Below are positions 54,101 to 63,689 of a DNA stretch of 64,000 nucleotides, piece by piece (the stretch's first letter is position 1; each line of letters begins with the position of its first letter). The translations under genes and the position numbers were made by a program. Location of the stretch: the IMG/VR virus record IMGVR_UViG_3300017917_002434, positions 124,001 to 188,000 of that record. One strand, written 5' to 3'. Under the pieces are notes generated by a model. That model worked only from the letters and a program-made list of their open reading frames with translations. It was not told the DNA's origin and did not search any database.

Positions 54101-56871
54101 TAAATGATGTACAAGTCGATAACGACCTAATATACAATGTTGTTAATTCGAACAATATTCAAACAATTCTAGCGACATCGGACATATTTGATGCTGGCGT
54201 AAAAATATCAGGAAATGTGATAGAAACTCCTACCCCAGATTTGATAATAAATGCGGCGGGCACCGGAAAAGTAAAAACTGATTCAGTATTGATAGATCAA
54301 GATCTCACAGTTATAGGAACGACAACTCTTAAGTCAACTACTGTAGATTCGATAGTGTCGACAGCTCAAATAACATTAACTGGAAATTCACAGATTATAG
54401 GAGATGTGTCTGTAACAAATAATCTGTCTGTAAATTATTCAGTGTTTAAAGACGTTTCGATACAGGGCAACGTAATAACAACTACGATCGGTAATAATGA
54501 TTTATTATTAAGAGCTGCCGGTAGCGGTAATGTAGTATTCCAAGAAAATGTTTTAGTAGATAATAATACTATTGTACAAAATAATACTTCAGCGAACGCT
54601 GCTACAATAGCTACCGAAGTATCATCTTCGCAGATGATTCTAGACGGTGTAACAATCACCGGCAACGTGATAGAATCAAATGATCTAAACAACGATTTAG
54701 TTTTAGATCCTAACGGCATTTTACAAATTACTGGAACAGATGTCGCATTTAATACTGCCTTAACAGTTGCTGGTTCAACAACGTTATCCGATTTGTCTAT
54801 CACAGGACTTGTTACACACACCAACAATTTAATAAGAACCGGTGATGTTGAAATTACAGGATCAACTTCGATACAGCAATCATTAGCAGTTTCTGGATAC
54901 GCACAATTTCAAAATTTAAGAATAGACGGAAATAGAATTTCGTCTAGTGCTAATATCGAATTATCGGCACAGCCGAGTAGGATTGTTATTTTTAATGATA
55001 ATTTAGTAATAGATAATAATCTTGATATCGGAGCAGATTTATTTTCCGACGATTTGACTGTGAGAACCCAAGCCACAGGATTATCGATTTTTGCCGACGA
55101 TATTTTAGTACAAGAAAATTTTATAACTACCACAGCATCTAATGCTGATTTAGAACTTCGGGCTAATGGTACCGGCAGTGTCAATATAACCGATAATTTT
55201 AAAATAATAAATGCTGCCACTATATCAGGCACAACTACTTTATCAAACACAGACATAACCGATCTAGTATTAATCGGTCAGCTTAATCAAACCGGCAACA
55301 TTAATCAGCTCGGTAATGTATCAATAATCGGTGACATTTCGTCTGACGTTTTTACTAACGGTGATATTCTTATAACTGGAAATACTATCGCAACAACAAG
55401 CTCAGATTCAGATATTGAATTATTAGCATCGGGCGGTATAGGAAATATCGTAGTACCAAATTCTAACGTAGTTATAGAGAACGATCTTACAGTAAATGAT
55501 GCTTACATAGCAGTACAAAATATAACATTTCCTAATGATGTCACTAGCGATGTTTACGAAAGTGATCAGGTAAGAATACAAAATAATTACATAGAAACAT
55601 ACACATCAAACACCGATTTAGAACTAGCTGCTCACGGGACTGGTCGAGTTACTGTACAACCTACTCTAGAAATTCCTACAGGACAATTTAATCTAACAGG
55701 AAATTCAACTTTCCCAGCGACCGATATTGTAGGAACGTTTGGATTAACTGGAACAAAACAACACACCGGAACATTTAATCTTTCAGGAGAATATAATCTA
55801 ACAGGTAATCTTATTACTAACGGACAAGCATTATTTGAAGATTATAATTTTATCGATTTTAGGATAGCAACTACTACTTCTAACAGTAATGTAGATCTAA
55901 GAGCAGCAGGTTCAGGAAAAGTAATATTTAACGACTCGGTTTTATTGAGTCAAGATCTTACAGTATTTGGTGATATATTATCGAGGAATATTACAGGTAC
56001 AACCATAGTTACAGATACGATTTCAGACGGCGACATTCGCATCAAAGATAATTTTATAGAGACTACGTTATCAAATAGTAATTTACATCTGTTAGGTTCT
56101 GGAACAGGCAGCGTGATTTTAGAAAAAACTAGAATTACAAACAATATTATCTCTACTGTAGATACTAATTCTAATTTAAACGTAACACCATTAGTAGGGC
56201 AGCTTGTAGATTTTGATAAAACCAATGCTATTAAATTACCTGCTGGAACTAGCCTTAATAAATTAACCGGAGTCACAGGCGAACTAAGATTTAATACTTC
56301 TGTGTCTAGATTTGAAGGGTGGACAAATAATGGATCTATAACATATGGGGGTATATTTTCTAGAAATCGTGCTACTTCTGTGAGAGCACTGGATACTGAT
56401 GTTTTAGACTTTAGAATTAATAATGTTTCTAGGATGAGTATCAACAGCACCACAGTTAACCTTACAGCATTATTAACAGGATCATTAATATTCAGCGGAA
56501 ATACTATTTCTAGCACCAGCAATAGTAATATTAATTTAGACCCTAATGGAACAGGTGAAGTTGTAATGGGTGATATACTGTTTACAGGTACCACTCTTAC
56601 AAATACAGATCCTACAGAAAACATGGTTTTACAAAATACTGGATCCGGTTATGTAAAATTTAATACAACTACAGCATTAGTAATTCCTACCGGCGACACA
56701 TCTAGCAGACCACTAACTCCTGAAGTCGGAGATATTCGTTTTAACACTGATCTCAGTGCCCCTGAAGTGTTTAATGGTATAGCATATTCAACTTTAGCGG
56801 GTAATTCAACAAACGCCACGCTAGCAGAAATCCAAGAGCTAAACGAGATCTACGCCATCCTACTTGGTTAA
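51172..56871 (+). CDS. Long fibre-like virion protein A (1899 aa) with beta-helix-like domain and repeat shaft
   Basis: YFVSTLGVD...FRTIKHALSFATAGDTVTIYPGVYQE (pectin-lyase-like start motif) and about 15 copies of IxTxxSNxxLxLxAxGTGxV. TTG start. Confidence 0.7.
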   Translation: MADLGRISGPMLKANLERLGVDLVFENQFGDNNLYLDVNSRKIGINTNAMPRELTVDGTLGTIGLIVDNDAQLTNLYLDGDTGTITSYTGDVTIQATGTLFADILETPSLIFNDNYIQGVISNENIELVPHGTGKVLLDGNAVISGNVQGDSNLIIKGDITFGNDINTDTVNITTEIAGNLDPKINEVYNIGRPDKKWDELHSELVNGEFLITEDLTAVANVNSNAAKRPGNSYFVSTLGVDSGIWNDGTHQLGGFRTIKHALSFATAGDTVTIYPGVYQETFPLEVPEGVTVNGTNIRTVIIEPDSSSEFKDCFLLNAGSTVSNLTVRDFFYNSSTDEGYGFRFAPNYDATERSPYVQNITVITKEIPNTLLPGAIYVDPEGLGLSFDTYGVTVSKSGHSEALVQSWVGKTMATYFGPSFPVTFYTITGYEPSVQDPTQLWNLILAEPFNPLQQGFSFSIYPSGTTFILPPNDYDMTGASIGEPWVAYFKTNLPLDFNTVVGQGWSINNNGVVYVIDYVIQDPINTNMWRIYVTTSLVPASGIPIFSSPSGSAGAPAGRGALVDGSNAVPQSITASMLFHSVTFIVPNSVGLYMTNGVRVEWLNSFTYFASKGLYATNGSTGRLSPDGSTMLYGAELRSIGSANVYGLVGAEGDGSSVLMYLINHNFAYIGTGTSSINDDTAVVQADETVTINGARIYWQSDDHKGNFRVGEAFFVNQETGFVTFNGIGQSVSGINEIIFSAGDDITILNAERIETGDVVFQGNLLSTATGDLNIKSALAPQTLQTSNIAGNLDVTGNISIDGTINIGNAGAIDTVTFASEVDSDIIPKFPNSSSLGITALAWNSIWLGQADFNDIVINDNKIYTTTSNSNLELYAAGTGKVVFNALQVETGFDAVNIVNLDDINIIGTFSQTGNQTRTGNTTITGDYQLSNTLTLSVPSLSFGDISVDSNVISTVQSNADLQLLASGTGNIYVPINDVQVDNDLIYNVVNSNNIQTILATSDIFDAGVKISGNVIETPTPDLIINAAGTGKVKTDSVLIDQDLTVIGTTTLKSTTVDSIVSTAQITLTGNSQIIGDVSVTNNLSVNYSVFKDVSIQGNVITTTIGNNDLLLRAAGSGNVVFQENVLVDNNTIVQNNTSANAATIATEVSSSQMILDGVTITGNVIESNDLNNDLVLDPNGILQITGTDVAFNTALTVAGSTTLSDLSITGLVTHTNNLIRTGDVEITGSTSIQQSLAVSGYAQFQNLRIDGNRISSSANIELSAQPSRIVIFNDNLVIDNNLDIGADLFSDDLTVRTQATGLSIFADDILVQENFITTTASNADLELRANGTGSVNITDNFKIINAATISGTTTLSNTDITDLVLIGQLNQTGNINQLGNVSIIGDISSDVFTNGDILITGNTIATTSSDSDIELLASGGIGNIVVPNSNVVIENDLTVNDAYIAVQNITFPNDVTSDVYESDQVRIQNNYIETYTSNTDLELAAHGTGRVTVQPTLEIPTGQFNLTGNSTFPATDIVGTFGLTGTKQHTGTFNLSGEYNLTGNLITNGQALFEDYNFIDFRIATTTSNSNVDLRAAGSGKVIFNDSVLLSQDLTVFGDILSRNITGTTIVTDTISDGDIRIKDNFIETTLSNSNLHLLGSGTGSVILEKTRITNNIISTVDTNSNLNVTPLVGQLVDFDKTNAIKLPAGTSLNKLTGVTGELRFNTSVSRFEGWTNNGSITYGGIFSRNRATSVRALDTDVLDFRINNVSRMSINSTTVNLTALLTGSLIFSGNTISSTSNSNINLDPNGTGEVVMGDILFTGTTLTNTDPTENMVLQNTGSGYVKFNTTTALVIPTGDTSSRPLTPEVGDIRFNTDLSAPEVFNGIAYSTLAGNSTNATLAEIQELNEIYAILLG

Positions 56872-56884
56872 ACTACCCAAACGA

Positions 56885-56890
56885 TAAATA
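56885..56890 (+). promoter_or_regulatory. Late promoter TAAATA
   Basis: GATAAATAC opens a 116-nt leader. Confidence 0.6.
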
Positions 56891-57006
56891 CTATTGATTA
56901 CAAGGACGACCAATCCTTGTATGGTTAAACTGTGGTAAACCAGCAAAGAGCCCGCAAGGGATGAGAATTCGGTTAACCGTGAAACACGGGGTGAAAAGGA
57001 GAGCGA
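56891..57006 (+). promoter_or_regulatory. Structured 5' leader, candidate cis-regulatory RNA
   Basis: Hairpins TACAAGGA/TCCTTGTA, TGGTT/AACCA, CCC-GCAA-GGG and CCGTG-AAA-CACGG lie just before the AGGAG RBS. Confidence 0.55.
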
Positions 57007-60000
57007 ATGAGCCAGCTTGGTCGTATTAGCGGTCCGCTCTTAAAGGCAAACCTTCTACGCCAAGGTGTAGATCTAGCCTTTGAGACCGACCTACTTTATC
57101 TTGATGTTGTTAACAGGCGAATCGGCATAAAGACTGCTACTCCTAGTCACGAACTCCAAGTAAACGGTACGACCCGCACAACAAATCTAGAAGTCACGGG
57201 ATCTACAGCACAGATAGGCGACTTCTTATTTTCACCGAATACAATAACATATGACGGCGATTTAACTTTTAATCTGCCAGAAGGTTCTGCCCTAAGAACC
57301 AGCAAGTTCTCCATAGATTCAATCGATATTTTTAACAATATCATAGCAACCAACGAATCAAATGCTAATTTAGAAATTCGTCCTAGCGGTACTGGAATCG
57401 TTGACATCAAATCCGGAGTACAAGTAGCAGGAGATTTACAAGTTGACGGTGCAATCACTGCCGACGGTAACATAATTTTAGGTGATGCTACTACTGATAC
57501 CCTTACCTTCAATGCTGAAATAAACAGCGACTTAATTCCTGACGCAAATGAAACATATAGATTAGGATCAAATCCTTCCACCGGAGGAAAACGCTGGTAT
57601 GATACATGGACACGCAATCTATATGCTGATATTATTACTTCACAGAATCTAATCATAGATGGAGTAAACATTTCAGCATTGCCTGGAAACATGCTATACG
57701 TATCTGCGGTAAATGGAGATGATACAAGACAAGGCGAACACCCTAACGATACATTAAAAACACTGAAACAAGCTCTAAATCTTGCTACAGCAGGAACTAC
57801 GATATATCTATATCCAGGAGTTTACGTAGAGGAGTTTCCTTTAGAAGTTCCCGTAGGTGTTACAGTTAAAGGTACAGGAATACGTTCAGTACGCATAGTA
57901 CCTACAACACAAACCGAATATAACGATGCTTTTTTACTCAACGGTGAAACTACTGTCGAAGATTTAACAGTTGCTGATTTTTATAGTGGCGGCAATTATT
58001 TTACAGTTACGTCTGCTTCGGCAGGTACCACAACAGTTAATGTAGGCACATCGCCTTTCGCTCATACCTATGTTAGCGGCGGAACTATTGAATTTATCGA
58101 CAGTAGTAGCGGAAATGTTACCGGTGCTACTTACACTCACACTACTGGTACTTTAGTATTAACACATACCGGTGGTACTGCTAGCCCAGGCGACAGAGTA
58201 TTTCTATCAAATCTAACATTCAGCTGTAACGGCGGAAATAGAGTATTTCCGGATAACGGTTACGCATTTAGGTTTGCTACAGATTTTGAAGTTACGACTA
58301 GATCACCGTACGTTAGAAACGTCACTGTACTAACCAAAGGTACTATTGTAGGTCCGGGCGATCCATTAGGATTTGGTTCAGGCGATGCTGGTAAAGGTGC
58401 GTATGTAGATGGTGCGTATGCTACTGCGATTTCTAAAGAAGCCAGTATGCTGTTCCACTCCGTGACATTTATTACACCGGGCGTAGATGGCTTGTCAGCT
58501 ACGAACGGTGCTAGGGTAGAGTGGTTAAATTCATTTACTTATTATGCTAACAAAGGTATGAATTTGTTCAGCAGCAACGACGGTTTTAATAGCGACGGCA
58601 AAACAAGAATAAAGATTTCTAATAGAACAGGAACATTTAATGTAGGTAACACACTGAGCTATTACGACACTGACGGAACTACTGTTTTAGCTTCCGGAAC
58701 AATTCAAAGTATAGACGGTGATTTTTTCAACATAGACGGCAAGAATGCCGGATGGGTTACCTTAGAAGATAGAATAGGAAAAACAGTTACAGTTAGCGGT
58801 GATGCTAAACTGTCAACTGCTCAGAAAAAATTTGGTTCAGCAAGTCTTGTATTAGACGGCACCGGCGATTTTATTAATATAGCGAGTCAGCCTGATTTTG
58901 GATACGGAACAGGCGATTTTACTATAGAATTTTTCTGGAGACCCACAGCATTAGGTACTCAACAAGTTTTATTAGATTGTAGAACTGCTGCAACTGATAC
59001 AGCACTTTATTTAGAAATGAATGCTGCTGGTAATATTAGACTATTTGTCAGTGGAGCATATCGTATTACTTCCAGTGTGGCATGTACCGCGGGAACATTT
59101 AATCACATAGCTCTTTTTAGAGTCGGCGGAGTTACAAAATTAGCAGTTAACGGAACGATTACACCAACTACTTACACAGATGCTAACAATTATCCAGCAA
59201 GACCTTTTAGATTAGGAGCTACTTGGACAGGAACAACAGCCTCTAACGGTTATTTTGATGAAGTTAGAGTAGTAAAAGGCATAGCGAAATATACATCGTC
59301 AGTTACAGTGCCTACCGCGGCATTCACGAGCGACTCGTCTACTGTACTGTTACTGCACTTTAATGGTACAAATAATTCAACTATAATAGTAGATGACGGC
59401 GTAACAACACAAGACATTAGAACTTCGGCCGGCGGAACCGCCACAGTAATTGATCTAGCAGATTACTCAGATTTTGGTGCCGAACTAAGAAGTATTGGCT
59501 CTGCTTGTGTGTATGGAAACTATGGTGCTTACGGCGATGGCGATGGCGTCATAGCATATCTCATCGGACAAAATTTAGCTTATATAGGTAACGGCGGAGA
59601 TTCGAATAATGATCCGACTACAGTTATTCAGGCTAACGAAATTGTAGAATTAAATCGTGCTAAGATTTTCTATACTTCGGTTGATCACAAAGGTGATTTC
59701 CGTGTAGGTGATCAATTTTATATTAATCAAGACACTGGTGAAGTTGTCTTTAGTAATTCTAACGTAGCAGTTACAGGTAGTTTACTATTCAACGATGGCG
59801 TAAATCAGACCTACATTGATGCTACAAAGATCGAAACAGGCGATTTCCGTATATCAAACAACACCGTAGAAACACTTAGCCAAGTAATGAATATAAATTC
59901 ATTCACCGGCGAAGTAAATTTCTTAAACAATGTTAATATCGCCGGCGATCTCGATGTTACAGGAAATGTAACGATCGGCGGTAACATTACGATAGGCGAT

Positions 60001-63000
60001 CAAACTACAGATTCTGTTAATATTGAAGCGAGAATTAACAGCGATATCATTCCTAAATTAAACGATACTTATGATCTAGGAACTACAGTCGAACGCTGGA
60101 GACAGATATTTGTTAATAAATTAACTGCTGACAATATAGAAATCGTAGACAATAAGATTTCTACGTTAGATTCAAACAGCGACCTCGAGTTATCAGCAGC
60201 CGGAACAGGTAAAGTTCTTATTCCTAACAATGACCTACAAGTAAACAGTACTTTCACAGTCATAGGAACTACTAATCTACAAAATACTAATGTCGTAGGT
60301 AATTTAAACCTTACAGGTAACTCTACTATAACAGGCGATGTAGTACAAAACGGAGACCTTAGCGTTACCGGATCGTTCTTTTCAGCTTCCTTAGATCTTG
60401 AAAATATCGAGATAGTTGAAAACAATATTAGAACCAAAAACAGTAATCAAGACCTACAACTAGAAGCAGCGGGTACTGGTAGGATTTATATTCCATCCAA
60501 CGACGTTCAGATGGATCAAGACCTTACAGTTTTAGGCACGATTACTGGTCCTGTGATCAATAACACTGGAACAATTACATCTAGTACATTTACTAACAAT
60601 AACATTGTCATAAGCACCAATACTATTGCTGCGACAACATCGAATTCGGATCTAGAACTTAGATCAAATGGTACAGGAAAAGTATATGTTTCCAACAGTG
60701 ACGTACAGATCGACGAAGATCTAGAAGTCATCGGCGATACTAACTTAGCAGTTACAAATATCACAGGTACACTGACAGTTAATGGAAACATAGTACAGAC
60801 TGGCAATTATACACAAACTGGCGATCTAACCATAACAGGAAATCTTTCAGTTGGCGACGCAGCTCAATTTGAAAATATTCTTGTTGACGATAATTTTATC
60901 ACAACTACTGTATCAAACAGCGACTTAGAATTAAGAGCGGCAGGCACAGGTAGTGTAATTATTGACGGAACTGATTTAGAAGTACTAGGAAATCTTAACG
61001 TAGTTAATACATTAACTGCTAATTCTCTAAACATAGCTACAGACATTACTGCTGACAGATATACTAACGGTAATATTCTCATCGAAAATAATGTAATATC
61101 AACGACATTATCAAACAGCGATTTAGAACTTAGAGCTAACGGTGTAGGAATTGTACAGGTTACTAGTGATGCTAATATAGATCAAAGTCTAACTGTGTCT
61201 GGAATAACTACGCTGTTAGGATCTACAAATGATGTTACTGGGGTAATAAATCATGTAGGCGATCTTAATCAAACAGGTACAACTACTCATACCGGAGATT
61301 ACTCTTTAACCGGTAATCTCACAGTTGATACTTACGCTCAGTTCGAGAATATACGCATTGACGGCAACCAACTGTACACTACAGAATCAAATAGCAATCT
61401 TGAACTAGCAGCCAGCGGCGTAGGAATAATTTCTATACCTAATAACGACGTAGTAGCAGGACAGAATCTCACTGTCAACGGAACACTGACCGTCGAAAAC
61501 ATTTCTTTAACTATTCTTGAAACAGAAATAGTACAGACTAGCGACATTCGCATACAAAATAATTTTATTACCACTACTCTGTCAAACAGCAATCTCGAAT
61601 TACGTGCCAACGGCACAGGAGAAGTCGTAGTTCCTAACGCAGATGTTGTAGTACAGAACGATTTTACAGTACAGGGCAACACAAATTTACAGAATACAGG
61701 TATAACCGGAACACTAACACAAGTTGGCAATACAACACATACCGGAAATACTACACAAACCGGAGATTACACATTAAACGGTAATTTAGATGTCAGCGGC
61801 CTAGCAGAGATTGCGGATATACAGATTAACGGTAATCAAATTTCATCCATTAACGGATTGAATCTAGTCCTAGATGCTCCCGGATCTGGTATAGTCTACA
61901 TACCAGAAAATGATGTATTAATAGAAAACGACTTATTTGTTAACGGTACACTGTACGCTAACAACGTCATAGGTACTTTTGGATCATTACAATCTAATGA
62001 GATAGATACCGGCGATATTGTAGTACGCGGTAATAGAATTACTACAACACTTTCAAACAGCGACCTTGAATTACGTGCTAACGGCACGGGGTCTGTAATA
62101 ATTGACAACACAGATTTAATCGTAAACGGTGACCTAATAGTTACTACAGATGTACAATTAAACAACACACAGATTACCGGAACACTGACTCACAATGGTA
62201 CTGCTAATCATACAGGAACTGTAAATCAAACTGGAGCATATAATTTAACCGGAAATATGAATATCACCGGTACTGCTCAATACAGCAATATTCGTGTAGA
62301 AGGCAACGTTATTAGAACTACAGTACCAGGCAGCGATCTAACTTTCCAGGCCACGGGTGCCGGCATAATCACTGCTCCTTTCAATGACGTTGAGATAACA
62401 CAGAATTTAACTGTATCGGGGGATGTAACTACTACTGATATAGTAGCTTCAAACTCAGTTACAGCACCGATTATCAACTTAGGTTCTATAACTATCAGCG
62501 GTAACCTTATTACCACAAACACATCTAATACCAATTTAGAACTTAGAGCTAACGGCACCGGCGGAATAGAATTAGAGTCTATCATAGTCAATCAAAATCA
62601 GATTACTACTCAAAATAACACAGATATTGTTATCGCTCCAAACGGCACAGGTATCGTTGATTTCCAGGGTACACAGGCCGTAAGATTGCCGAGAGGGACA
62701 GTGGCAGAACGTCCAGTTGGTCAAGCTGGTCAATTGAGATATAACACTACCAGCAATTATTACGAAGGTTTCGACGGAACAAATTGGCGTAGATTAGACG
62801 GTGTTTATGACCTAGATGAAAATACCTACATAACTCCAGAGACTACTCCCGGAGCCAATGATAACGTTATTAGTTTTTACATTAATGGTCTGAATCGTGC
62901 TACCTTAAACGCTACAGGATTTTCTACAAGTAACGTAGATATAGGCAATATAAATATCACGGGTAATACGATTTCTACTACCAATACTGACGGGAACTTA

Positions 63001-63342
63001 ATATTGGCTCCGAACGGTACTGGTAGTACTGTTATTGGCGTTTTTGCCTTACGTAATAATACTATTACAAACACACAGAATGACGCTGTAACTTCTTTTA
63101 ACCAAACAGGTACCGGATACTTTAAAATTTCCGGAACCAACGGCTTCGTCCTTCCAAGAGGATCAGACGCAGAAAGAGGAGTGATTTTTGAAACAGGTAT
63201 GATGAGATACAATACCACAGATCAGCGTGTAGAAGTGTATGATGGCATAACTTGGGTTTCGGCAGCAGGTAGCACAGGAACTGGTATTACTTATAGCGAA
63301 GCAGAAGGATTAGCTATTACAACAGCATTAATTTTTGGATGA
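57007..63342 (+). CDS. Long fibre-like virion protein B (2111 aa), paralog of A, with LamG/ConA-like insertion
   Basis: N-terminus MSQLGRISGPLLKANL matches MADLGRISGPMLKANL of A, with the same beta-helix and repeat shaft. AKLSTAQKKFGSASLVLDGTGDF...GTGDFTIEFFW...FNHIALFR...GYFDEVRVVKG is LamG-like. Confidence 0.75.
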   Translation: MSQLGRISGPLLKANLLRQGVDLAFETDLLYLDVVNRRIGIKTATPSHELQVNGTTRTTNLEVTGSTAQIGDFLFSPNTITYDGDLTFNLPEGSALRTSKFSIDSIDIFNNIIATNESNANLEIRPSGTGIVDIKSGVQVAGDLQVDGAITADGNIILGDATTDTLTFNAEINSDLIPDANETYRLGSNPSTGGKRWYDTWTRNLYADIITSQNLIIDGVNISALPGNMLYVSAVNGDDTRQGEHPNDTLKTLKQALNLATAGTTIYLYPGVYVEEFPLEVPVGVTVKGTGIRSVRIVPTTQTEYNDAFLLNGETTVEDLTVADFYSGGNYFTVTSASAGTTTVNVGTSPFAHTYVSGGTIEFIDSSSGNVTGATYTHTTGTLVLTHTGGTASPGDRVFLSNLTFSCNGGNRVFPDNGYAFRFATDFEVTTRSPYVRNVTVLTKGTIVGPGDPLGFGSGDAGKGAYVDGAYATAISKEASMLFHSVTFITPGVDGLSATNGARVEWLNSFTYYANKGMNLFSSNDGFNSDGKTRIKISNRTGTFNVGNTLSYYDTDGTTVLASGTIQSIDGDFFNIDGKNAGWVTLEDRIGKTVTVSGDAKLSTAQKKFGSASLVLDGTGDFINIASQPDFGYGTGDFTIEFFWRPTALGTQQVLLDCRTAATDTALYLEMNAAGNIRLFVSGAYRITSSVACTAGTFNHIALFRVGGVTKLAVNGTITPTTYTDANNYPARPFRLGATWTGTTASNGYFDEVRVVKGIAKYTSSVTVPTAAFTSDSSTVLLLHFNGTNNSTIIVDDGVTTQDIRTSAGGTATVIDLADYSDFGAELRSIGSACVYGNYGAYGDGDGVIAYLIGQNLAYIGNGGDSNNDPTTVIQANEIVELNRAKIFYTSVDHKGDFRVGDQFYINQDTGEVVFSNSNVAVTGSLLFNDGVNQTYIDATKIETGDFRISNNTVETLSQVMNINSFTGEVNFLNNVNIAGDLDVTGNVTIGGNITIGDQTTDSVNIEARINSDIIPKLNDTYDLGTTVERWRQIFVNKLTADNIEIVDNKISTLDSNSDLELSAAGTGKVLIPNNDLQVNSTFTVIGTTNLQNTNVVGNLNLTGNSTITGDVVQNGDLSVTGSFFSASLDLENIEIVENNIRTKNSNQDLQLEAAGTGRIYIPSNDVQMDQDLTVLGTITGPVINNTGTITSSTFTNNNIVISTNTIAATTSNSDLELRSNGTGKVYVSNSDVQIDEDLEVIGDTNLAVTNITGTLTVNGNIVQTGNYTQTGDLTITGNLSVGDAAQFENILVDDNFITTTVSNSDLELRAAGTGSVIIDGTDLEVLGNLNVVNTLTANSLNIATDITADRYTNGNILIENNVISTTLSNSDLELRANGVGIVQVTSDANIDQSLTVSGITTLLGSTNDVTGVINHVGDLNQTGTTTHTGDYSLTGNLTVDTYAQFENIRIDGNQLYTTESNSNLELAASGVGIISIPNNDVVAGQNLTVNGTLTVENISLTILETEIVQTSDIRIQNNFITTTLSNSNLELRANGTGEVVVPNADVVVQNDFTVQGNTNLQNTGITGTLTQVGNTTHTGNTTQTGDYTLNGNLDVSGLAEIADIQINGNQISSINGLNLVLDAPGSGIVYIPENDVLIENDLFVNGTLYANNVIGTFGSLQSNEIDTGDIVVRGNRITTTLSNSDLELRANGTGSVIIDNTDLIVNGDLIVTTDVQLNNTQITGTLTHNGTANHTGTVNQTGAYNLTGNMNITGTAQYSNIRVEGNVIRTTVPGSDLTFQATGAGIITAPFNDVEITQNLTVSGDVTTTDIVASNSVTAPIINLGSITISGNLITTNTSNTNLELRANGTGGIELESIIVNQNQITTQNNTDIVIAPNGTGIVDFQGTQAVRLPRGTVAERPVGQAGQLRYNTTSNYYEGFDGTNWRRLDGVYDLDENTYITPETTPGANDNVISFYINGLNRATLNATGFSTSNVDIGNINITGNTISTTNTDGNLILAPNGTGSTVIGVFALRNNTITNTQNDAVTSFNQTGTGYFKISGTNGFVLPRGSDAERGVIFETGMMRYNTTDQRVEVYDGITWVSAAGSTGTGITYSEAEGLAITTALIFG

Positions 63343-63350
63343 TAGATTAG

Positions 63351-63680
63351 ATGGCAACATTTTTTAGAAACAAAGTAGTTAAAGACCTAGGAATGATGTC
63401 TACCCATATGGTAGAAACTACTGCCGCCAGCCGAGTTACAGTTATCGGTCTAAGTATGACCAATCTAACAACAGCAGTCATCAAAGTCAGCATAACATTA
63501 ACAGACAATACTTCTACTACAGGTTATTTTATCAAAGATGTTACTATACCACCAAATCAAAGTTTACGAGTTATTAATGGTGGAGAGAAGTTAGTCATGG
63601 CAGAAAATAATTTATTAGCAGCTTTTGCCGATAGAGAAAATGCTGCCGATGTAATTGTAAGCTACGTCGAAATTATATAA
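63351..63680 (+). CDS. Small virion protein (109 aa), paralog of 49914-50285
   Basis: MATFFRNKV...VIGLSMTN...FIKDVTIPPNQSLRVINGGEKLVM. Confidence 0.6.
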   Translation: MATFFRNKVVKDLGMMSTHMVETTAASRVTVIGLSMTNLTTAVIKVSITLTDNTSTTGYFIKDVTIPPNQSLRVINGGEKLVMAENNLLAAFADRENAADVIVSYVEII

Positions 63681-63689
63681 GGAATTGAT

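Noticed and set aside
56929-56990. c-di-GMP-I (GEMM) riboswitch, suggested by GGTAAACC and a GNRA loop
   Set aside because: It lacks the stem-GAAA-stem-GGGACGCAAA arrangement after GGYAAAC and the tetraloop receptor. Kept only as an unclassified leader.
53770-62560. Diversity-generating retroelement VR/TR pair or CRISPR-like array among the fibre repeats
   Set aside because: The repeats are protein-level with synonymous divergence, not adenine-specific. There is no reverse transcriptase and no identical repeat-spacer periodicity.
300-62591. Numerous 60-220 aa ORFs antisense to, or nested in, the long genes (e.g. 55950-56624, 57147-57692, 43804-44091)
   Set aside because: They are shadows of the strong codon bias and repeats of the real genes, with no RBS or promoter context and low-complexity translations.
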